From the NCBI GenBank assembly GCA_043811535.1, contig JBDRNC010000015.1:1-12675 (forward strand): DNA of 12,675 nucleotides. The letters run 5' to 3'. Shown here in pieces: positions 7,209 to 12,675 of the stretch. The translations under genes were made by a program, and so were the position numbers. Positions within the stretch are counted from its first letter, which is position 1; every line of letters starts with the position of its first letter. This DNA is from Elusimicrobiota bacterium. Lineage in GTDB: Bacteria; Elusimicrobiota; Endomicrobiia; Endomicrobiales; JBDRNC01. The notes under the pieces are model-generated. The model was not told where the DNA came from. It saw only the letters and a program-made list of their open reading frames with translations, and made no database searches.

Positions 7209-7493
7209 ATGAAACGATGCCATAAATGCGGCGCTGAATGGACGGGTTTGAGCCAGCCGGGAGCAAAGGAATCGTGCGCGAAGTGCTCGGCGGACCTGCA
7301 CGCGTGCCTTAACTGCAGGTTCTACAACCCGCATAAACCGCAGGAATGCGCGGTGGATGTTTTGGAGACCGTGCGGGACAAGGAAAGGTTCAACTTCTGC
7401 GATGAGTTCCAGTTTGCCGATGCAAAAAAAGCGGCTGAAAAAAGCGACGCGCAAAAAGCGAAAGACGCCTTGAACAAGCTATTTAAGATATAA
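7209..7493 (+). CDS. Small Cys-rich (probable zinc-ribbon) hypothetical protein
   Basis: ATG 7209 with a GGAG RBS at 7201-7204. It has three CxxC pairs (CHKC, CAKC, CLNC) plus two further Cys, and its 3' end overlaps the convergent gene by 15 bp. Confidence 0.8.
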   Translation: MKRCHKCGAEWTGLSQPGAKESCAKCSADLHACLNCRFYNPHKPQECAVDVLETVRDKERFNFCDEFQFADAKKAAEKSDAQKAKDALNKLFKI

Positions 7494-9560
7494 TCTCCGC
7501 CTCAGGTACAACGCCAGCACGCCCAGTAACCCGAAAATAGAAACCAGTGAGATTAATTGCCCCGCTTTCACGGTCCAGGGTTCATACCGCATCACTATAT
7601 TATGAACCCCTTTTAATACGGGCACGGCTCTTAAAGCGTAATTCGCCCTGTAAATCTCCGCCCTTTCCCCGTCAACTTCAACTTTCCATCCGGGATAATA
7701 GGTCTCGCTCATAACCAGCCAGCCGGGCCTTTTCGCGCTTACGTTTAAATCTATGCGGTTGATCGAATAATTATTTATTGTCACGATATCCGCCGGGGAA
7801 CCGCCGGTTTCCTTACCGAAATATTTCGTTTTACCGGCTGTTTCGTCCAAAACTACTTCTTTCCTGGGATTAAAACCGTCGGAGGCCATATACTTTAGCA
7901 CCTCGTCCCGGGGCATCGCCGCCGCGCGGGGCACGAGAAAAAACCTCTGGAGATAATTCCTGTTTTCGTAAATCTTTATATGCCCGTCTCTGGCAAGCGC
8001 AAGGTTATTATCGGTTATTTTCTTGTCCAGAAACACGTACTTGACGTTCAGCATGTCCAGGATAACCGAAGTTGGAGAATGTATGCTGTCAATCAGCCGG
8101 TCATAGGAAGCTACCCTCAAGGTTTCCTGCGAATCCGCGTCGAATAAAAAGTAAGCCATGCCTGTGTTGGGGTAAAGCATATCCTTGTAATTAAGCCAGT
8201 GTTCAATCGGCGTCGCCCCCGGAAGGGAATCCGCCTTGCGGGCCGCCGGAGCGAGTATGAACCTGAACATGCCCGGGTCCCCGCGCAAAAACCGTATGCC
8301 CGGTGTTTCTATATCGTAAAACGACCTGTCTACCGTCAAGTTCGCCCTGAGTCCGAATACAAAAAGTTCAGCGAATACTACGGTCAACAGCGCGGCGCGC
8401 AGCGCCCTGCCGCCGATCTTTCCTATGCCGTAGCCGAAGATAAGCGAAAAACAAAAAACGGCGATTATGCCGGCCTGCGCCGGGAACCTGAAGTATTTCC
8501 ATCCCGGCGCGTAATCATAGAATATACCGTACAGCGGAAAATATTTTCCCAGCGCCAGCAGCAGCGCCAGGACAAACACGCAGGCAAAAAACTTCTCTTC
8601 CGCGGTTTTCTTCCTCAGGACGGAATAACCCGCCGCGAGCAGGCCCGTTATCCCGAAATACAGCCCTATTATATGCGGATCGCCGTCGTAAAACGGCTTC
8701 ATCCAGTCCCACAAGGGAAAAACAAAGAACTTCAGCATGTCCAGCGGCCTCAGCGAATAGCCCAGCACCGCGCCGGCGTCAAGGCCGCTTCCCCGGACCG
8801 AATTCAGCGCGAGTTCAAACGCCGGCAGCAGCTGCGCCGCGGAAACAAGCGCAAACAGCGCGAAAACCTGCAGGAATACTCCCGAAACCCGGGATATGTC
8901 TTTAATAAAATTCTCTTTTTTCACCGTAACCATCGCGGAATACAGCGCCAGCAACCCGAAAGTGTAATAAACGTATTGCGGATATCCCGCGAAAAACTGC
9001 AGGGCCAGGAAAACCGCCGCCGCCGCTATATCGGCGACATCGCCGGATCTCGCGGCCCTTCTGTAAAACATGAAGACCAGCGGGATCCACACGTATGAAG
9101 CGATGCAGGTCGCGAACTCAAAATGAAACACAAAAAAACCGTTGAACATGAACATTATCGCGGCGCCGAGCGACGCCGTTCTCTTCATGCCCAGGTCTCC
9201 CGCGAGCCAATACATGAACAACCCGGCCAGAAAAGTGTGCAGTACCGTGTGGACTCCCAGCGCTTCGGGAAATGGAAGAAAAGCGAAAATATAGCTCAGC
9301 GGATAATAGACAGCAGTCTGCGGGTTTGCCAGGAAAGGCGCTCCCCCGTGCACGAAAGGATTCCAGAGAGGCATGATGTTGCTGCGGACCGCGTCGGAAA
9401 GGAAGGTGTATATCGGATAGAAATAATAGAGCGTGAATCCGAAAACCAGCGCGCGGCCCAGGAATACGATCTTAATCCAGAAAAACAGAGACAGCAAGAG
9501 CAGAACGGTTAACGGCAGGAACCTGCTTGAAGGTTTGCCCGGCTTGTGCCAGCCTATCAT
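7479..9560 (-). CDS. YfhO-family polytopic membrane protein (probable GT-C glycosyltransferase)
   Basis: PLWNP...GG.PFLANPQ..V.YP, many hydrophobic segments, AAQLLP..E....S.R, FRFP, LNVKY, and a C-terminal LV.SETYYPGW.V.VDG....IYRANYALRAV.V..G.H.I...Y.P motif. Confidence 0.85.
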   Translation of the reverse strand: MIGWHKPGKPSSRFLPLTVLLLLSLFFWIKIVFLGRALVFGFTLYYFYPIYTFLSDAVRSNIMPLWNPFVHGGAPFLANPQTAVYYPLSYIFAFLPFPEALGVHTVLHTFLAGLFMYWLAGDLGMKRTASLGAAIMFMFNGFFVFHFEFATCIASYVWIPLVFMFYRRAARSGDVADIAAAAVFLALQFFAGYPQYVYYTFGLLALYSAMVTVKKENFIKDISRVSGVFLQVFALFALVSAAQLLPAFELALNSVRGSGLDAGAVLGYSLRPLDMLKFFVFPLWDWMKPFYDGDPHIIGLYFGITGLLAAGYSVLRKKTAEEKFFACVFVLALLLALGKYFPLYGIFYDYAPGWKYFRFPAQAGIIAVFCFSLIFGYGIGKIGGRALRAALLTVVFAELFVFGLRANLTVDRSFYDIETPGIRFLRGDPGMFRFILAPAARKADSLPGATPIEHWLNYKDMLYPNTGMAYFLFDADSQETLRVASYDRLIDSIHSPTSVILDMLNVKYVFLDKKITDNNLALARDGHIKIYENRNYLQRFFLVPRAAAMPRDEVLKYMASDGFNPRKEVVLDETAGKTKYFGKETGGSPADIVTINNYSINRIDLNVSAKRPGWLVMSETYYPGWKVEVDGERAEIYRANYALRAVPVLKGVHNIVMRYEPWTVKAGQLISLVSIFGLLGVLALYLRRRLYLK

Positions 9561-9565
9561 AAAAT

Positions 9566-10999
9566 TCAGTTGTTTTTGCCGGCAAAATATTTTTTGCCTG
9601 GCCTGATTATCAAAACCTGGCCTATCCTGAGGATATTTTTGCTTTTAAGTTTATTGTCTTCCTTGATTGTTGACATTGAAGCATGGAATTTTTTGGCAAT
9701 CTTCTCGAGCCAGTCTCCTTTCACAACCTTGTATTTAATGAATCCTCTTGAAGGATTCAGGTCCTTAACGAGGGCTATCTTTTCAAGGAACAGCTCTTTC
9801 GTTCCTTTCGGCAGTTTCAATTTGAAATCCGGATAGTTATGCGGCGTGCACCACGCCATGATCGCTGGATTCAGCTCTCTTATCTCGCCCGGAGTCGTGT
9901 TGGCGCACTCGGCTACAATCTTTAGGTCAATTACGTTATTGATGACTGCCTCATCGTATTCAAGCGGCGCTTCGAATTTCGGGTTAAAACCGTAATCCTT
10001 GTAATTTTCGCCGATGATTGTCGCGGCGATAAACTGCGGCACGAAATTCTCGGTTTCCTTCGGCACCGCCTTGCGGTCGCTCATCTCGTCAATGTTGGTA
10101 GCCTGCGAGAATTTAAGGTCGCGCCCGAGCCCGTATTCGCCCCTGTTGTACGCCGCGAGCGCCAGGTGCCAGTCGTCAAACATTAGGAACAGGTCGCGCA
10201 GATATTCGGCGGCGGCGCGGGTGGCTTTTTCGGGGTCCTTGCGCTCGTCTATCCAGTAATTGATCTTCAGATTCAGAGCCCTGGCCCTGTGCGGCATCAG
10301 CTGCCAGAGACCGAGCGCGCCCGCGTGAGAAAGGTCGTTGTTATAGTACAGGCTTTCGACTATCGGCAGGTAGACAAGCTCTTCGGGTAGGCCGTATTCT
10401 CTCAGCACGCACAGGATCATATCCCTGTATTTTCTCGAGCGCTCGAGCGCCCTGTTTATCCTGCCCTTTGATCCCCCTTCGTTGTATATCTTAAGGTACT
10501 TTTTCACGAGCTCGTTCTCAAGATCGATCGGGATCGTATAGAACTTGCTGTTCTGCAGGTCCGACACCGCGTTTAACAGCTTATGTATCTTCATGAAAAC
10601 ATGGTCGTATTCATCGCTCAGGTAATAATTAATGTCAGCGCCCAGGTTCACCTTATTCATCATAGCGGTGAACGAGCTGAAATATTTCGTGGACGCCTTG
10701 ACATCGCCCTGCCTGTAGCTGATGACCGCCTGCCTGAAGAATTTCTCGGCCTTTTTCACGGATTCTTTCTGCTCTTCGCTCAACTCGGCAGTCCTGTCGA
10801 TGACCTGCTTAAGGCTCGGATAGGTCCCGGTGTCCGTTGTAATTTCTTCCATCGCCTCTTCTTCCTCGCTCAGCGGCTGGTCGGCGCCTTTTGCCTGCTG
10901 GGGAGAGATCATCGTTGTATTGTCCGGATTAAGTTCCGAAGCATAAACGCAGTTCGAAAGGAATGACAAGGATATAAGTATAGCGGCTATTTTTTTCAT
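9566..10999 (-). CDS. mltD: Lytic murein transglycosylase, MltD-like (signal peptide, SLT domain, LysM)
   Basis: N-terminal signal peptide; LPEEL.YLPIVES (catalytic Glu), SHAGA.GLWQ.MP, DER.DPEKAT.AAA.YL, LALAAYN.G, PKET..FVP; C-terminal LysM domain YKVVKGD.L.KIAKKF...N.L...LRIGQ.L.I. Confidence 0.85.
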   Translation of the reverse strand: MKKIAAILISLSFLSNCVYASELNPDNTTMISPQQAKGADQPLSEEEEAMEEITTDTGTYPSLKQVIDRTAELSEEQKESVKKAEKFFRQAVISYRQGDVKASTKYFSSFTAMMNKVNLGADINYYLSDEYDHVFMKIHKLLNAVSDLQNSKFYTIPIDLENELVKKYLKIYNEGGSKGRINRALERSRKYRDMILCVLREYGLPEELVYLPIVESLYYNNDLSHAGALGLWQLMPHRARALNLKINYWIDERKDPEKATRAAAEYLRDLFLMFDDWHLALAAYNRGEYGLGRDLKFSQATNIDEMSDRKAVPKETENFVPQFIAATIIGENYKDYGFNPKFEAPLEYDEAVINNVIDLKIVAECANTTPGEIRELNPAIMAWCTPHNYPDFKLKLPKGTKELFLEKIALVKDLNPSRGFIKYKVVKGDWLEKIAKKFHASMSTIKEDNKLKSKNILRIGQVLIIRPGKKYFAGKNN

Positions 11000-11008
11000 T
11001 TTACTCCC

Positions 11009-11094
11009 TGATATGTGTAATGTTTTATGTTCAATGAATTTCTTAATGACGTTTAGCAGTAGCGTTCATCACACATCAAACTTTACACATTAAA
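11009..11094. repeat. Inverted heptamer arrays in the transglycosylase leader
   Basis: TGATATG TGTAATG TTTTATG TTCAATG (11009-11036) faces CATCACA CATCAAA CTTTACA CATTAAA (11067-11094). Confidence 0.6.
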
Positions 11095-11119
11095 CAATTC
11101 TTAGTATTTGGCTTGTTAT

Positions 11120-11148
11120 ATTATACTCATTTTCCGCTAAAAGTCTAA
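11120..11148 (-). promoter_or_regulatory. Probable promoter of the transglycosylase-YfhO operon
   Basis: Minus strand: TTAGAC (11148-11143), 17-bp spacer, TATAAT (11125-11120). Confidence 0.5.
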
Positions 11149-11152
11149 ACAA

Positions 11153-11181
11153 TTGACATAAAAATATTATTTTGGTATGGT
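11153..11181 (+). promoter_or_regulatory. Promoter upstream of tRNA-Thr(TGT)
   Basis: TTGACA (11153-11158), 17-bp spacer, TATGGT (11176-11181), with an extended -10 TG. Confidence 0.6.
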
Positions 11182-11187
11182 TTAAGT

Positions 11188-11279
11188 CAATTAACAATGA
11201 ACAATTATCAATTATCAATCGTGTTTCCCGGGATTTAACTGGTTTTAATTGCTCATTGATTACTGATAATTGCTTATTG
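11188..11279. repeat. Heptamer-repeat hairpin, copy 1
   Basis: CAATTAA CAATGAA CAATTAT CAATTAT CAAT ... TTAATTG CTCATTG ATTACTG ATAATTG CTTATTG. Confidence 0.8.
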
Positions 11280-11284
11280 AAAAC

Positions 11285-11356
11285 GCCGGCGTAGCTCAGC
11301 GGTAGAGCAATGGTTTTGTAAACCATGGGTCGGAGGTTCAATCCCTCTCGCCGGCT
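11285..11356 (+). tRNA. tRNA-Thr(TGT), CCA not encoded
   Basis: Acceptor stem GCCGGCG/CGCCGGC, D arm GCTC/GAGC, anticodon arm ATGGT-TTTGTAA-ACCAT, T arm GGAGG-TTCAATC-CCTCT. Confidence 0.95.
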
Positions 11357-11357
11357 A

Positions 11358-11455
11358 TTTACAGTGGACAGTGATCAATTAGCAGTTATCAGTTGACGTC
11401 AAAACTTGAAAACGCCTTTATTGATAACTGTTAACTGATAATTGTTAATTGTAAA
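11358..11455. repeat. Heptamer-repeat hairpin, copy 2, between the duplicated tRNA 3' ends
   Basis: TTTA CAGTGGA CAGTGAT CAATTAG CAGTTAT CAGTTGA ... TTTATTG ATAACTG TTAACTG ATAATTG TTAATTG TAAA. Confidence 0.8.
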
Positions 11456-11457
11456 AG

Positions 11458-11474
11458 TCCCTCTCGCCGGCTAT
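11458..11474 (+). repeat. 17-bp direct repeat of the tRNA-Thr(TGT) 3' end (att-like)
   Basis: TCCCTCTCGCCGGCTAT is identical to 11342-11358. Confidence 0.85.
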
Positions 11475-11518
11475 GAATTCCCGCTTCGCGGGAATTCATA
11501 GCCCCGATCTATCGGGGC
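11469..11518. repeat. Two abutting perfect hairpins
   Basis: GGCTATGAATTCCCGC-TTC-GCGGGAATTCATAGCC (11469-11503) and GCCCCGAT-CT-ATCGGGGC (11501-11518). Confidence 0.75.
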
Positions 11519-11594
11519 GATCACCTTTCAACTACAGCCCTGTCTACCCGCAAGCAAGGTCATTTTCCGGTAAAATAATCTTTTCAAATACTGA

Positions 11595-11623
11595 TTGACA
11601 ATAAAGGGATATTAAGATATAAT
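11595..11623 (+). promoter_or_regulatory. Perfect-consensus sigma70 promoter upstream of tRNA-Tyr
   Basis: TTGACA (11595-11600), 17-bp spacer, TATAAT (11618-11623). Confidence 0.8.
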
Positions 11624-11781
11624 AGGCAAATCTAAAATCCCTCCTGTAGCTTGAAGAGGGTTTTTCTTTCGTGTGGTTTTCCGCTCTTTTATATAGGAAA
11701 GCTGAAATTTGAGAGCAGATAGTTGACCGTCCGCCACTGAAACGTTGGCGGACTCCAAATTTTTGCTGCGCAAAAATTTCT

Positions 11782-11865
11782 GGGCGGATGGCAGAGTGGC
11801 CTATTGCACCAGACTGTAAATCTGGCGGGCTTAGCCCTTCGGTGGTTCAAATCCATCTCCGCCCA
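11782..11865 (+). tRNA. tRNA-Tyr(GTA), CCA not encoded
   Basis: Acceptor stem GGGCGGA/TCCGCCC, anticodon arm CCAGA-CTGTAAA-TCTGG, long variable arm GGGC-TTA-GCCC, T arm GGTGG-TTCAAAT-CCATC, discriminator A. Confidence 0.95.
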
Positions 11866-11958
11866 TTCAGTCCGCCACAGGCGGACTGAATTACAAATTT
11901 TCGATTTTAAATTTCAAATTAGTGATTTTCTACTGTTCTTTGCTATGTTGTTCCCCAC

Positions 11959-12120
11959 ATTTTGGCAAAAGGGTTATTTTTCGTAACGAGATTTCGGCAT
12001 TTGAGCTGAGGCAAGGCGCGCGAGGCGCTGCGTAGTCTCGGAGCTACGCAAGCCGAGTGCAACGAAGCCGCAAGCCAAATACCGAAATCGCAGTAGAAAG
12101 GATGGCCCTTTTGCCAAAAT
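11959..12120. mobile_element. MITE-like long hairpin element with 15-bp terminal inverted repeats
   Basis: ATTTTGGCAAAAGGG (11959-11973) pairs with CCCTTTTGCCAAAAT (12106-12120). Inner stems: 11990-12003 with 12076-12089 (13/14), and TGCGTAG (12029-12035) with CTACGCA (12044-12050). Confidence 0.7.
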
Positions 12121-12191
12121 GCGGGAGTAGCACAATGGTAGTGCTCCAGCCTTCCAAGCTGGCCACGCGGGTTCGATTCCCGTCTCCCGCT
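12121..12191 (+). tRNA. tRNA-Gly(TCC), CCA not encoded
   Basis: Acceptor stem GCGGGAG/CTCCCGC, D arm GCAC/GTGC, anticodon arm CCAGC-CTTCCAA-GCTGG, T arm GCGGG-TTCGATT-CCCGT. Confidence 0.95.
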
Positions 12192-12281
12192 TTTACAATT
12201 AACATTTAGCAATTGTCAGTGATCAATTAAATGCTTTTAACCTCAATTGATAATTGTTTACTGATAATTGCTCATTGTAAA
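12192..12281. repeat. Heptamer-repeat hairpin, copy 3, filling the Gly-Thr spacer
   Basis: TTTA CAATTAA CATTTAG CAATTGT CAGTGAT CAATTAA ... TCAATTG ATAATTG TTTACTG ATAATTG CTCATTG TAAA. Confidence 0.8.
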
Positions 12282-12282
12282 T

Positions 12283-12354
12283 GCCGGGGTAGCTCAGTGG
12301 TAGAGCACCTCCTTGGTAAGGAGGTGGTCGTGGGTTCAAGTCCCATCTCCGGCT
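12283..12354 (+). tRNA. tRNA-Thr(GGT), CCA not encoded at the gene end
   Basis: Acceptor stem GCCGGGG/CTCCGGC, anticodon arm CCTCC-TTGGTAA-GGAGG, T arm GTGGG-TTCAAGT-CCCAT. Confidence 0.95.
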
Positions 12355-12510
12355 TTTACGACAGTGTGAAGTAGGAAGTTGGAAGAAGGAAGTAAAGACA
12401 AAACCAAAAATATAAACTGGGACTTGAAGCCGACCCGAACGCAGGCGAAGAGGCGGAATAAAGCGAAGGCGGCCGGCTGCGGCGGAGGAACGCCAGTGAC
12501 GGGGGAGCAG

Positions 12511-12530
12511 AAGTCCCATCTCCGGCTCCA
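12511..12530 (+). repeat. Displaced duplicate of the tRNA-Thr(GGT) 3' end, followed by CCA
   Basis: AAGTCCCATCTCCGGCT (12511-12527) is identical to 12338-12354 and is followed by CCA (12528-12530). Confidence 0.85.
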
Positions 12531-12541
12531 TGTGACAGTAA

Positions 12542-12598
12542 TCCGTCGTCCGTCGTTAGTATTCCGTTAACGGATTACGGAAGACGGAATACGGACGA
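12542..12598. repeat. GC-type heptamer-repeat hairpin
   Basis: TCCGTCG TCCGTCG TTAGTAT TCCGTTA | ACGGATT ACGGAAG ACGGAAT ACGGACG, with the dyad centred on CCGTTAACGG. Confidence 0.7.
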
Positions 12599-12675
12599 CA
12601 AAAGAAGCGGTACGGCTTTAGATATATCGGGGCAGGACAAAAGGCAGACGAAAAACCAATTTAACAAAACGGGAG

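Noticed and set aside
8199..9098. 299-aa plus-strand ORF
   Set aside because: It is antisense to the hydrophobic YfhO-like gene, and its Arg/Gln-rich composition is typical of a shadow frame.
12355..12510. Group I or II intron in tRNA-Thr(GGT)
   Set aside because: The tRNA is complete without splicing, the insert is short, and I could not identify intron core motifs.
11090..12570. ORFs 11090-11341, 11804-11986, 11943-12212, 12223-12531 and 12379-12570
   Set aside because: They overlap tRNA genes and heptamer repeats and are spurious.
11188..12598. Possible CRISPR array
   Set aside because: There are no identical 23-47 bp repeats with regular unique spacers and no cas genes; the repeats are degenerate heptamers and hairpins.
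12671..12675. Start of tuf
   Set aside because: Only an SD-like GGGAG is visible and no coding sequence lies in the window, so tuf is inferred from synteny only.

Overview
Bacterial chromosomal window with three parts. (1) A + strand housekeeping run: the 3' end of a PIN/TRAM (YacL-like) gene, then ispD, ispF, cysS and rlmB. (2) A mostly - strand block: an AT-rich PD-(D/E)XK-like orphan, a DUF3820 protein, a YgiQ-type radical SAM protein, a YfhO-like membrane protein and an MltD-like lytic transglycosylase, plus one small Cys-rich + strand gene. (3) The tRNA cluster Thr(TGT)-Tyr(GTA)-Gly(TCC)-Thr(GGT), which classically precedes tuf. The genes are mostly ordinary, but the non-coding DNA is dense with small structured elements. 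Both tRNA-Thr genes have an exact 17-bp duplication of their 3' end downstream. The Thr(GGT) duplicate carries the CCA that the gene lacks, and a segment antisense to the T-arm lies between the two copies. Hairpins built from 7-nt tandem repeats sit against the tRNAs. A REP-like GTCATTGCGA...GAAGCAATCTC frame with variable loops follows four stop codons. There are two TIR-bounded MITE-like elements, and repeat motifs appear in frame inside ispD and the radical SAM gene. No transposase, integrase or reverse transcriptase is encoded in the window, so all statements about mobility are inference.
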